This document shows positions 38,638 to 51,662 of a stretch of DNA of 64,000 nt, one piece after another. The position numbers and the translations under genes are program-made. The notes under the pieces are model-generated. The model searched no databases. It worked only from the letters and a program-made list of their open reading frames with translations, and was not told where the DNA came from. The first letter of the stretch is position 1. The number at the start of each line of letters is the position of its first letter. The DNA comes from Eledone cirrhosa (taxonomy: Eukaryota): contig OZ024757.1 of assembly GCA_964016885.1 (NCBI GenBank), positions 15,624,001 through 15,688,000 on the forward strand. Direction: 5' to 3'.

Positions 38638-40735
38638 GTTTAACGTCCATGTTCCACGCTTGCATGGGTTTGGACGGGAGTTTTCCCACTTGAGGCAAGA
38701 GTGGTTGTCTTGCTCGCATAGGACTGTCTGGCGGGTTTTCTACAGCTGGATGCCCTTCCTAACACCAACCACATTTACAGTGTGGGACTGGGAGGTTTTT
38801 ACCGTGTTGCCTACACGGCCACATTACAGCGTGGACTGTCTGGCGGGTTTTCTACAGCTGGATGCCCTTCCTAACACCAACCACATTTACAGTGTGGAAC
38901 TGGGAGGTTTTTACCGTGTTGCCTACACGGCCACATTACAGCGTGGACTGTCTGGCGGGTTTTCTACAGCTGGATGCCCTTCCTAACACCAACCACATTT
39001 ACAGTGTGGAACTGGGAGGTTTTTACCGTGTTGCCTACACGGCCACATTACAGCGTGGACTGTCTGGCGGGTTTTCTACAGCTGGATGCCCTTCCTAACA
39101 CCAACCACATTTACAGTGTGGGACTGGGAGGTTTTTACCGTGTTGCCTACACGGCCACATTACAGCGTGGACTGTCTGGCGGGTTTTCTACAGCTGGATG
39201 CCCTTCCTAACACCAACCACATTTACAGTGTGGAACTGGGAGGTTTTTACCGTGTTGCCTACACGGCCACATTACAGCGTGGACTGTCTGGCGGGTTTTC
39301 TACAGCTGGATGCCCTTCCTAACACCAACCACATTTACAGTGTGGGACTGGGAGGTTTTTACCGTGTTGCCTACACGGCCACATTACAGCGTGTACTGTC
39401 TGGCGGGTTTTCTACAGCTGGATGCCCTTCCTAACACCAACCACATTTACAGTGTGGGACTGGGAGGTTTTTACCGTGTTGCCTACACGGCCACATTACA
39501 GCGTGTACTGTCTGGCGGGTTTTCTACAGCTGGATGCCCTTCCTAACACCAACCACATTTACAGTGTGGGACTGGGAGGTTTTTACCGTGTTGCCTACAC
39601 GGCCACATTACAGCGTGGACTGTCTGGCGGGTTTTCTACAGCTGGATGCCCTTCCTAACACCAACCACATTTACAGTGTGGAACTGGGAGGTTTTTACCG
39701 TGTTGCCTACACGGCCACGTTACAGCGTGGACTGTCTGGCGGGTTTTCTACAGCTGGATGCCCTTCCTAACACCAACCACATTTACAGTGTGGAACTGGG
39801 AGGTTTTTACCGTGTTGCCTACACGGCCACATTACAGCGTGGACTGTCTGGCGGGTTTTCTACAACTGGATGCCCTTCCTAACACCAACCACATTTACAG
39901 TGTGGAACTGGGAGGTTTTTACCGTGTTGCCTACACGGCCACATTACAGCGTGGACTGTCTGGCGGGTTTTCTACAGCTGGATGCCCTTCCTAACACCAA
40001 CCACATTTACAGTGTGGAACTGGGAGGTTTTTACCGTGTTGCCCACACGGCCACATTACAGCGTGGACTGTCTGGCGGGTTTTCTACAGCTGGATGCCCT
40101 TCCTAACACCAACCACATTTACAGTGTGGGACTGGGAGGTTTTTACCGTGTTGCCTACACGGCCACATTACAGCGTGGACTGTCTGGCGGGTTTTCTACA
40201 GCTGGATGCCCTTCCTAACACCAACCACATTTACAGTGTGGAACTGGGAGGTTTTTACCGTGTTGCCTACACGACCACATTACAGCGTGGACTGTCTGGC
40301 GGGTTTTCTACAGCTGGATGCCCTTCCTAACACCAACCACATTTACAGTGTGGGACTGGGAGGTTTTTACCGTGTTGCCTACACGGCCACATTACAGCGT
40401 GGACTGTCTGGCGGGTTTTCTACAGCTGGATGCCCTTCCTAACACCAACCACATTTACAGTGTGGGACTGGGAGGTTTTTACCGTGTTGCCTACACGGCC
40501 ACATTACAGCGTGTACTGTCTGGCGGGTTTTCTACAGCTGGATGCCCTTCCTAACACCAACCACATTTACAGTGTGGGACTGGGAGGTTTTTACACGGCC
40601 ACATTACAGCGTGGACTGTGTGTTTTTTTTGTCGTGACACCTACACGATCTCATTTGTTTCGGCCTGGATGTTGTGGCACCAACGTAACTTTACATTGAA
40701 AGGGGCGGTGTGGATGGGGTGGGGGTGGTGTGACG
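38607..40735 (-). mobile_element. RTE-C 3' UTR expanded internally by a tandem array
   Basis: Flanks are collinear with the single-copy element at 56023-56463. Confidence 0.9.
38721..40619. repeat. 112-bp tandem array, 17 copies
   Basis: Period of 112 seen in both the ORF track and the sequence; last unit has a short deletion. Confidence 0.95.
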
Positions 40736-40751
40736 TGTGTATATATATATA

Positions 40752-40957
40752 CGCTGTAATGTGGCCGTGTAGGTAACACTGTAAAAACCTCCCAGTCCAC
40801 ACTGTAAACGTGGTTGGTGTTAGGAAGGGCATCCAGCCGTAGAAAACCCGCCAGACAGTCCTGAGCAAGACAAACAATCTTGCCTCAAGTGGGACAATTC
40901 CCGTCCTGACCCATGCTAGCATGGAAAATGGACGTTAAACGATGATGATGATGATGA
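40752..40957 (+). mobile_element. RTE-C-related 3'-UTR fragment, head-to-head with the expanded copy
   Basis: Reverse-complement similarity to 38630-38835. Confidence 0.8.
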
Positions 40958-41039
40958 TATATCGGATCTAGCTTTCGAAACGGCCAGAGCTCAGCTGTCG
41001 GGGTCCTGATTCTTTTCATATATATATATATATATATAT

Positions 41040-41233
41040 AGGAACAAGTATGCCCCCGACGGCAGAGCTCAAGCCGTACCGACGGCTAATTCTGGACCAG
41101 AATTAGCCATCGAAACGGCTTGAGCTCTGCCGTCGGGGTCATACTTGTTCCTATTACCCACTCTACTACACTAAGTATTGAGTACTTTGGTGCGTTATGG
41201 TCCATCTGGTTCCTTACCACATTTCCTTTGTTA
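41040..41233 (+). mobile_element. Family D fold-back: ~112-bp palindrome plus tail, containing the 3' half of a hammerhead
   Basis: Palindrome centred on CTGGACCAG; GAAACGGC(TTGAGCTCT)GCCGTC/GGGGTC; copies at 41575-41711, 55536-55752 and 59326-59444. Confidence 0.8.
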
Positions 41234-41363
41234 TATATATATATATATATATAGTCATCTGGTTCTTCCAACCTCACAGCAACAGGTCACATATATGTAT
41301 ATATATGGAAGGTACATGTTAAATGACGACGATGATTATGATATATATATATATATCTATCTA

Positions 41364-41413
<50 letters not shown>

Positions 41414-41418
<5 letters not shown>

Positions 41419-41528
41419 ACAGAGCAAATATTTATTATTAGTACAGATTAAAGTTTAAGCAAAGAAGATCACATAATAGGATGAAAGCAGAAATTCTTTG
41501 CTGAAACTTTAATCTGTACTAATAATAT
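41414..41528. mobile_element. Short family E-related fold-back
   Basis: TATTATTAGTACAGATTAAAGTTT/AAACTTTAATCTGTACTAATAATA; homologous to 51745-51830. Confidence 0.7.
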
Positions 41529-41532
41529 AATA

Positions 41533-41576
<44 letters not shown>

Positions 41577-42729
41577 CGAAGGAAATGTGGTAAGGAACCA
41601 GGTGGACCATAATGCACCAAAGTACTCAATACTTAGGGTAGTAGAGTGGGTAATGGGAACGAGTAGGACCCCGACAGCTGAGCTCAAGCCGTTTCGACGG
41701 CTAATTCTGGATATTATATATGATATATATATATATATATCATTATCATCATCATTGTTTTCACATGTCTGGATGGATATTTTGAGAAAAAGGTTTACTG
41801 ACAGATGCCCTTGCTGATGTCAACGCTTAGTCACCTTGTATGACATGCAGGAATTTGGTGTACCTTTTCTAAAAATCTGGAAACATACAGCAATATATAT
41901 ATATATATATATATATCATCATCGTTTTTACATCCACTTTTCCATGCTTGCATGGGTTGGATGAGTCCTACTCAGCACAGCATCTGTCCACTTGTCGTGT
42001 TCCTTCATTATCCCCCCCTGTCACTCTTGATGATTCGAGGTCCGCTCTCAAAACCTCTGCCCAGATCTACCTTATTTGAAAATCATAGGCAGTGTCTTTC
42101 ATATGGTAAAGTACAAAACAACATTAATGACTGTATCATTTAAAAAATTAAAGTCTTTCTCTAATATTACAAATTTTAACAATGACCTGTCCACTAGTAA
42201 TGATACTACACTCATTTGAATTAACAAATCAGATGACTACATAATCAAGGTATTCTTGAAAAGTATAAAACACCACTATGACTGTATCACATTAAACATT
42301 GAAGTCTTTAGTCTAACATTGTACATTTTCATAGCTATCTATCTACTAGTAAAGATACTACACTCATTGGAATTTACAATTGCATGAAAGGCTGAAGTTG
42401 AAACATATATACAGCATACCCCACCTCACTCCCACTGTAAAGTGGTCGCGTAGGCGTCACAACAAAAAACACTCAGTACACACTGTAAAGTGGTCATCTA
42501 GGTGCATGACTAGTACTTTATTTAATCGTTCCCTGATGGATAAGGTGAAAGATGACCTTGGCAGAATTTAAACTCAGAAAGTAAAGAGTCATAATTAAAT
42601 ACTACGATGCATTTTGTCTAGTGCTCTACCAATCTTGCTGAGTTCCCTGCCCCCTTCTAAAGTCTGTCTCAAGCCAAGAGCCCCATCAGACCAGTGCTTT
42701 TCCCAGATTCTGTAGTGTTAAGTGACTGC

Positions 42730-45700
42730 GAATAGAAGACTTCCCCTGGACAGGACACCAGTCTATCGTAGGGTTAAACAATCAGCTATTGTTGCTGGTA
42801 TTCATTTTTTACTGGAGCAACACGAAATGAAGTGTTTTGCTCAAGAACACAACACAGTTTAGAATAGAAGACTTCCCCTGGACAGGACACCAGTCTATCG
42901 TAGGGTTAAACCCTCAGCTATTGTTGCTGGTATTCATTTTTTACTGGAGCAACACGAAATGAAGTGTTTTGCTCAAGAACATAACACAATTGAGAATAGA
43001 AGACTTCCCCTGGACAGGACACCAGTCTATTGCAGGGTTAAACCCTCAGCTATTGTTGCTGGTATTCATTTTTTATTGGAGCAACACGAAATGAAGTGTT
43101 TTGCTCAAGAACACAACACAATTGAGAATAGAAGACTTCCCCTGGACAGGACACCAGTCTATCGTAGGGTTAAACCCTCAGCTATTGTTGCTGGTATTCA
43201 TTTTTTACTGGAGCAACACGAAATGAAGTGTTTTGCTCAAGAACATAACACAATTGAGAATAGAAGACTTCCCCTGGACAGGACACCAGTCTATTGCAGG
43301 GTTAAACCCGCAGCTATTGTTGCTGGTATTCATTTTTTATTGGAGCAACACGAAATGAAGTGTTTTGCTCAAGAACACAACACAATTGAGAATAGAAGAC
43401 TTCCCCTGGACAGGACACCAGTCTATCGTAGGGTTAAACCCTCAGCTATTGTTGCTGGTATTCATTTTTTACTGGAGCAACACGAAATGAAGTGTTTTGC
43501 TCAAGAACATAACACAATTGAGAATAGAAGACTTCCCCTGGACAGGACACCAGTCTATTGCAGGGTTAAACCCTCAGCTATTGTTGCTGGTATTCATTTT
43601 TTATTGGAGCAACACGAAATGAAGTGTTTTGCTCAAGAACACAACACAATTGAGAATAGAAGACTTCCCCTGGACAGGACACCAGTCTATCGTAGGGTTA
43701 AACCCTCAGCTATTGTTGCTGGTATTCATTTTTTACTGGAGCAACACGAAATGAAGTGTTTTGCTCAAGAACACAACACAATTGAGAATAGAAGACTTCC
43801 CCTGGACAGGACACCAGTCTATTGCAGGGTTAAACCCTCAGCTATTGTTGCTGGTATTCATTTTTTACTGGAGCAACACGAAATGAAGTGTTTTGCTCAA
43901 GAACACAACACAATTGAGAATAGAAGACTTCCCCTGGACAGGACACCAGTCTATTGCAGGGTTAAACCCTCAGCTATTGTTGCTGGTATTCATTTTTTAC
44001 TGGAGCAACACGAAATGAAGTGTTTTGCTCAAGAACACAACACAATTGAGAATAGAAGACTTCCCCTGGACAGGACACCAGTCTATTGCAGGGTTAAACC
44101 CTCAGCTATTGTTGCTGATATTCATTTTTTACTGGAGCAACACGAAATGAAGTGTTTTGCTCAAGAACACAACACAATTGAGAATAGAAGACTTCCCCTG
44201 GACAGGACACCAGTCTATTGCAGGGTTAAACCCTCAGCTATTGTTGCTGGTATTCATTTTTTACTGGAGCAACACGAAATGAAGTGTTTTGCTCAAGAAC
44301 ACAACACAATTGAGAATAGAAGACTTCCCCTGGACAGGACACCAGTCTATTGCAGGGTTAAACCCTCAGCTATTGTTGCTGGTATTCATTTTTTACTGGA
44401 GCAACACGAAATGAAGTGTTTTGCTCAAGAACACAACACAATTGAGAATAGAAGACTTCCCCCGGACAGGACACCAGTCTATCGTAGGGTTAAACCCTCA
44501 GCTATTGTTGCTGGTATTCATTTTTTACTGGAGCAACACGAAATGAAGTGTTTTGCTCAAGAACACAACACAATTGAGAATAGAAGACTTCCCCCGGACA
44601 GGACACCAGTCTATCGTAGGGTTAAACAATCAGCTATTGTTGCTGGTATTCATTTTTTACTGGAGCAACACGAAATGAAGTGTTTTGCTCAAGAACACAA
44701 CACAATTGAGAATAGAAGACTTCCCCTGGATAGGACACCAGTCTATCGTAGGGTTACACAATCAGCTATTGTTGCTGGTATTCATTTTTTACTGGAGCAA
44801 CACGAAATGAAGTGTTTTGCTCAAGAACACAACACAGTTTAGAATAGAAGACTTCCCCTGGACAGAACACCAGTCTATCGTAGGGTTAAACCCTCAGCTA
44901 TTGTTGCTGGTATTCATTTTTTACTGGAGCAACACGAAATGAAGTGTTTTGCTCAAGAACACAACACAATTGAGAATAGAAGACTTCCCCTGGACAGGAC
45001 ACCAGTCTATTGCAGGGTTAAACCCTCAGCTATTGTTGCTGGTATTCATTTTTTACTGGAGCAACACGAAATGAAGTGTTTTGCTCAAGAACACAACACA
45101 ATTGAGAATAGAAGACTTCCCCTGGACAGGACACCAGTCTATCGTAGGGTTAAACCCTCAGCTATTGTTGCTGGTATTCATTTTTTACTGGAGCAACACG
45201 AAATGAAGTGTTTTGCTCAAGAACACAACACAATTGAGAATAGAAGACTTCCCCTGGACAGGACACCAGTCTATTGCAGGGTTAAACCCTCAGCTATTGT
45301 TGCTGGTATTCATTTTTTACTGGAGCAACACGAAATGAAGTGTTTTGCTCAAGAACACAACACAATTGAGAATAGAAGACTTCCCCTGGACAGGACACCA
45401 GTCTATCGTAGGGTTAAACCCTCAGCTATTGTTGCTGGTATTCATTTTTTACTGGAGCAACATGAAATGAAGTGTTTTGCTCAAGAACACAACACAATTG
45501 AGAATAGAAGACTTCCCCTGGACAGGACACCAGTCTATCGTAGGGTTAAACCCTCAGCTATTGTTGCTGGTATTCATTTTTTACTGGAGCAACACGAAAT
45601 GAAGTGTTTTGCTCAAGAACACAACACAATTGAGAATAGAAGACTTCCCCTGGACAGGACACCAGTCTATTGCAGGGTTAAACCCTCAGCTATTGTTGCT

Positions 45701-46950
45701 GGTATTGATCTTTTACTGGAGCAACATGAAATGAAGTGCTTTGCTCAAGAACACAACACCATTGAGAATAGAAGACTTCCCCTGGACAGGACACCAGTCT
45801 ATCGTAGGGTTAAACCCTCAGCTATTGTTGCTGGTATTCATTTTTTACTGGAGCAACACGAAATGAAGTGTTTTGCTCAAGAACACAACACAATTGAGAA
45901 TAGAAGACTTCCCCTGGACAGGACACCAGTCTATTGCAGGGTTAAACCCTCAGCTATTGTTGCTGGTATTGATCTTTTACTGGAGCAACATGAAATGAAG
46001 TGTTTTGCTCAAGAACACAACACAATTGAGAATAGAAGACTTCCCCTGGACAGGACACCAGTCTATCATAGGGTTAAACAATCAGCTATTGTTGCTGGTA
46101 TTCATTTTTTTACTGGAGCAACATGAAATGAAGTGTTTTGCTCAAGAACACAACACAATTGAGAATAGAAGACTTCCCCTGGACAAGACACCAGTCTATC
46201 GTAGGGTTAAACCCTCAGCTATTTTTGCTGGTATTCATTTTTTACTGGAGCAACATAAAATGAAGTGTTTTGCTCAAGAACAAAACACAATTGAGAATAG
46301 AAGACTTCCCCTGGACAGGACACCAGTCTATCGTAGGGTTAAACCCTCAGCTATTGTTGCTGGTATTCATTTTTTACTGGAGCAACATGAAATGAAGTGT
46401 TTTGCTCAAGAACACAACACAATTGAGAATAGAAGACTTCCCCTGGACAGGACACCAGTCTATCGTAGGGTTAAACAATCAGCTATTGTTGCTGGTATTC
46501 ATTTTTTACTGGAGCAACACGAAATGAAGTGTTTTGCTCAAGAACACAACACAATTGAGAATAGAAGACTTCCCTTGGACAGGACACCAGTCTATCATAG
46601 GGTTAAACAATCAGCTATTGTTGCTGGTATTCATTTTTTTACTGGAGCAACATGAAATGAAGTGTTTTGCTCAAGAACACAACACAATTGAGAATAGAAG
46701 ACTTCCCCTGGACAGGACACCAGTCTATCGTAGGGTTAAACCCTCAGCTATTTTTGCTGGTATTCATTTTTTACTGGAGCAACATGAAATGAAGTGTTTT
46801 GCTCAAGAACAAAACACAATTGAGAATAGAAGACTTCCCCTGGACAGGACACCAGTCTATCGTAGGGTTAAACCCTCAGCTATTGTTGCTGGTATTCATT
46901 TTTTACTGGAGCAACATGAAATGAAGTGTTTTGCTCAAGAACACAACACA
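42730..46950. repeat. 132-bp tandem array, 32 copies
   Basis: GAATAGAAG at 42730 and 46824 is 31 x 132 + 2 apart (two single-T insertions). Confidence 0.95.
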
Positions 46951-46990
46951 CACCTAGTCCAGGAATTGAACCCATGACATTGTGATCAGC

Positions 46991-49103
46991 ACCCTTACCA
47001 CTAGGCCACATGCCTCCACTGAGTATACGGAAGCAACACCCTTACCACTAGGCCACATGCCTCCACTGAGTATACGGGAGCAACACCCTTACGACTAGGC
47101 CACATGCCTCCACTGAGTATACGAGAGCAACATCCTTACGACTAGGCCACATGCCTCCACTGAGTATACGAGAGAAACACCCTTACCACTAGGCCACATG
47201 CCTCCACTGAGTATACGAGAGAAACACCCTTACCACTAGGCCACATGCCTCCACTGAGTATACGGGAGCAACACCCTTACCACTAGGCCACATGCCTCCA
47301 CTGAGTATCCGGAAGCAACACCCTTACCACTAGGCCACATGCCTCCACTGAGTATACGAGAGCAACACCCTTACCACTAGGCCACATGGCTCCACTGAGT
47401 ATACGGGAGCAACACCCTTACCACTAGGCCACATGCCTCCACTGAGTATACGGAAGCAACACCCTTACCACTAGGCCACATGGCTCCACTGAGTATACGG
47501 AAGCAACACCCTTACCACTAGGCCACATGCTCCACTGAGTATACGGAAGCAACACCCTTACCACTAGGCCACATGGCTCCACTGAGTATACGGGAGCAAC
47601 ACCCTTACCACTAGGCCACATGCCTCCACTGAGTATACGGAAGCAACACCCTTACCACTAGGCCACATGGCTCCACTGAGTATACGGAAGCAACACCCTT
47701 ACCACTAGGCCACATGCTCCACTGAGTATACGGAAGCAACACCCTTACCACTAGGCCACATGCCTCCACTGAGTATACGGAAGCAACACCCTTACCACTA
47801 GGCCACATGGCTCCACTGAGTATACGGAAGCAACACCCTTACCACTAGGCCACATGCCTCCACTGAGTATACGGGACCAACACCCTTACCACTAGGCCAC
47901 ATGCCTCCACTGAGTATACGGGAGCAACACCCTTACCACTAGGCCACATGCCTCCACTGAGTATACGGGAGAAACACCCTTACCACTAGGCCACATGCCT
48001 CCACTGAGTATACGGGAGAAACACCCTTACCACTAGGCCACATGCCTCCACTGAGTATACGGGAGCAACACCCTTACCACTAGGCCACATGCCTCCACTG
48101 AGTATACGGAAGCAACACCCTTACCACTAGGCCACATGCCCCTACTGAGTATACGGGAGCAACACCCTTACCACTAGGCCACATGCCCCCACTGAGTATA
48201 CAGGAGCAACACCCTTACCACTAGGCCACATGCCTCCACTGAGTATACGGGACCAACACCCTTACCACTAGGCCACATGGCTCCACTGAGTATACGGAAG
48301 CAACACCCTTACCACTAGGCCACATGCCTCCACTGAGTATACGGAAGCAACACCCTTACCACTAGGCCACATGCCTCCACTGAGTATACGGGAGCAACAC
48401 CCTTACCACTAGGCCACATGCCTCCACTGAGTATACGGGAGCAACACCCTTACCACTAGGCCACATGCCTCCACTGAGTATACGGAAGCAACACCCTTAC
48501 CACTAGGCCACATGCCTCCACTGAGTATACGGAAGCAACACCCTTACCACTAGGCCACATGCCTCCACTGAGTATACGGGAGCAACACCCTTACCACTAG
48601 GCCACATGGCTCCACTGAGTATACGGGACCAACACCCTTACCACTAGACCACATGGCTCCACTGAGTATATGGAAGCAACACCCTTACCACTAGGCCACA
48701 TGGCTCCACTGAGTATACGGAAGCAACACCCTTACCACTAGGCCACATGCCCCCACTGAGTATACGGGAGCAACACCCTTACCACTAGGCCACATGGCTC
48801 CACTGAGTATACGGAAGCAACACCCTTACCACTAGGCCACATGCCCCCACTGAGTATACGGAAGCAACACCCTTACCACTAGGCCACATGCCTCCACTGA
48901 GTATACGGGACCAACACCCTTACCACTAGGCCACATGGCTCCACTGAGTATACGGAAGCAACACCCTTACCACTAGGCCACATGCCTCCACTGAGTATAC
49001 GGGAGCAACACCCTTACCACTAGACTACATTGCTCCACTGAGTATCCGGAAGCAACACCCTTACCACTAGGCCACATGCCTCCACTGAGTATCGGGGAGC
49101 AAC
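46991..49103. repeat. 47-bp tandem array, 45 copies
   Basis: ACCCTTACCACTAGG at 46991 and 49057 is 44 x 47 - 2 apart (two single-base deletions). Confidence 0.95.
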
Positions 49104-49616
49104 ATGAAATAAACTGTTTTGTTCAAGAGCAAAACACATAACCTAGTCCAGGAATCAAACCCACATCATTTTGATCATCAGTACCCTTACCACTAGGCCA
49201 TGTATCTCCACCAGCCACTACCCTTGAACATAAAAAAAATATATATATATAGCAGTTTACATTTCTTGAGCAATTTATTCACAGAAATGTTAGTGTATGT
49301 GAATGTAATGAATATAATATTGGTCTTAACCTTTCACATTTCAGTCTTCTAGTTAAAGATTCTCCCTGTAGAAAGTCATTTATGAATGTTTAATGAAGAT
49401 CTGCTTGCCATTCTAGAATATCTGACATTGCTGCAGAATTTATTGATTCTGCAAGAATGAAAGGCCAAGTTGATCCATGCTGGGATTTGAACTCACAACC
49501 TAATTGGCTGTAAGTAATTACTGCTGGCTATTTCATCCACTTAGTCTTTTTCCATCTGTCACCCTTCATCTTTCTATATTTGTTTTGTTTTGTTTTGTTT
49601 TGTTTTAATAATAATA

Positions 49617-49940
49617 ATTATTTCTACTTTTGGCACAAGGCCAGCAATTATCCCAGTGCATTACTGGCTCTTTATTTCATCGACCCCCGTAAGGATGAAA
49701 GGCAAAATTAACCTCGGCGGGATTTGAACTCAGACCATAAAGGGCAGTAACTCTTTGCGTCAAAGCATTGTGTCCGACCCTCTACCGATACTGCCAATCC
49801 ACCGCCCTTAATAATAATTATTTAATAATTGTTTCTACTTTAGGCACAAGGCCAGCAAATACCCAGTGTATTACTGGTACTTTATTTTATCGACCCCGTA
49901 AGGATGAAAGGCAAAGTCAACCTCGGCGGGATTTGAACTC
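49617..49940 (-). mobile_element. Two SINE-B copies; the second is truncated and has a 16-bp TSD
   Basis: ATAATTATTTAATAAT at 49814-49829 and 49941-49956. Confidence 0.85.
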
Positions 49941-50520
49941 ATAATTATTTAATAATAATGTTTTAATAATAATAATGAAAATCATTATGTACAGGGCTCA
50001 GGTACACTACAACTCATCAAAGGTGCATGTATAGTACATAAAAGAAATGTACAAATGTCAGGAAAGTTAATAGTGTATGAGCCATGATATACACACAGAC
50101 ACATGCGTGCATATGTATGGAAGGGTAGTATCAGGTCTAGTGTTGGTGAATTTCGGGAAGCATTCTTTTGGCATTTTAAAATTCTTAATCAGAAAAGAAA
50201 GGGCAATACTGATAGGGCTTTCACTGGTCTAAGCTCAATAAAATAAAGTACCATTAATGTACTGGGGTTCATTCAATTAACTATGCCCTTCCCTCCAAAT
50301 TTGCTGACCTTGTGCCTAAATTAGAAATCAATATTCAGGTCAATAAAAGAGCCTCTATGTGGTCGCTTCCCCTGTATGAAATAGCAGCAAAATCTTCCAC
50401 AAATCACTCCTTGCCAACTTAGTAAAAGAACACATTGGATAATTAAGTTTTATATTGGATGCACAGAAGAAATTAATTGTTTCTACTTTAGGCACAAGGC
50501 CAGCAATTACCCAGTACATT

Positions 50521-50910
50521 ACCCAATTACACCTCTCAAAGGCGATGACACACGACCATGACCTCTGGCGTCACACAGTAATACAGAGTCCCATGGGTAC
50601 AAGCTGAAGCATATAGACAATATGCCCCCACACCCTCCCACTGCAAAGTGGTCGTGGAGGTGCCACGGCAAAAAAGCACCCAGTCCACTCTGTAAAGTGG
50701 ATGTGTAGGCGCCATGGAAAAAAAGCACCCAGCACTCACTGTAAATGAGGTTGGTGTTAGGAAGGGCATCCAGCTGAAGAAATCAAGCCAAATCAGTTCC
50801 TGTATGAGCAAGGCATGGTCAACCGACCAGACACTGCCCACAACAGGACAACCCGCCTAACTCATGCTAGCATGGACAAACGGACGTAAAACGGTGATGA
50901 TGATGATGAT
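50521..50910 (+). mobile_element. RTE-D LINE 3' end inserted into a SINE-B
   Basis: Translates TQLHLSKAMTHDHDLWRHTVIQSPMGTS* (stop at 50605-50607), homologous to the RTE-C C-terminus; 3' UTR plus (GAT)n tail. Confidence 0.8.
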
Positions 50911-51207
50911 AATTACTGGTACTTTATTTTATCGACCCCGTAAGGATGAAAGACAAAGCGAACCTCGGCAGGATTTGAACTCAGAAGAAATTAATGAGAT
51001 ATTTATAGCTGAAATAGCTTTGATCATAAGCCTGCACTATCAGAGTTGACCAGGGGCTAAACAACATCATTGATAACTACAACAACAATGTATATATAAT
51101 AACACTTCTGTAATTCCTCAGGGAGTTGTAGGATGCCAAATTGACATCTGGCATATCTAGGGTATTTTATTAAAACCAGGCAGAGGCCTCATATATATAT
51201 ATATATG

Positions 51208-51651
51208 TGAAGGCACATGGCTTAGTGGTTAGAGCATTGGGCTTGCAATTGAAAGGTTGTGAGTTCAATTCTTGAACCGGGTGATGTGTTGTTTGTTTGA
51301 GCAAGACACTTTATTTCACATTGTTCCAGTTTACTCAGCTGTAGAAATGAGATGTTAGGGACTGGGGTCCCTATCATTCCACTGCAAAGGGGTTGCGGAG
51401 GTGCCATGGCAAAAAAGCACCCACCCCACACTGTAAAGTGGACATGTAGGCGCCACGGAAAAAAAGCACCTACCATTTACTGTAAATGAGGTTGGTGTTA
51501 GGAAGAGCATCCAGCTGTAGAAATCAAGCCAGAATCAGTTCCCATATGAGCAAGACAAGGTCAGCCGACTGCACACTGCCCACAACAGGACAACTTGTCT
51601 AACCCATGCTAGCGTGGAAGAATGGACATAAAACCGTGATGATGATGATGA
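51208..51651 (+). mobile_element. SINE-A variant carrying the longer RTE-D 3' UTR (candidate ancestral form)
   Basis: Head and CORE as in SINE-A; 51378-51651 is collinear with 50637-50910. Confidence 0.85.
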
Positions 51652-51662
51652 TTATATATTAT

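Larger units (their letters stand above)
42659..49212 (-). mobile_element. Two tandem SINE-M/CORE-SINE copies inflated by two internal arrays
   Basis: Unique parts (42659-42730, 46950-47018, 49104-49212) are collinear with single-copy SINEs at 58013-58246 and 17215-17357. Confidence 0.85.

Noticed and set aside
38603-40699. Many MPFLTPT... ORFs here and elsewhere as a small-protein family
   Set aside because: They are antisense translations of RTE 3'-UTR and SINE sequence.
42959-46977. 627-, 395-, 216- and 147-aa repeat ORFs as a real gene
   Set aside because: They are the antisense reading of a SINE-derived 132-bp array whose length is divisible by 3. Stop and frameshift variants are propagated within the array.
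46991-49103. CRISPR array (also considered for 14300-14950 and 38721-40619)
   Set aside because: There are no unique spacers: units are contiguous or separated only by (TA)n. The context is eukaryotic and no cas genes are present.
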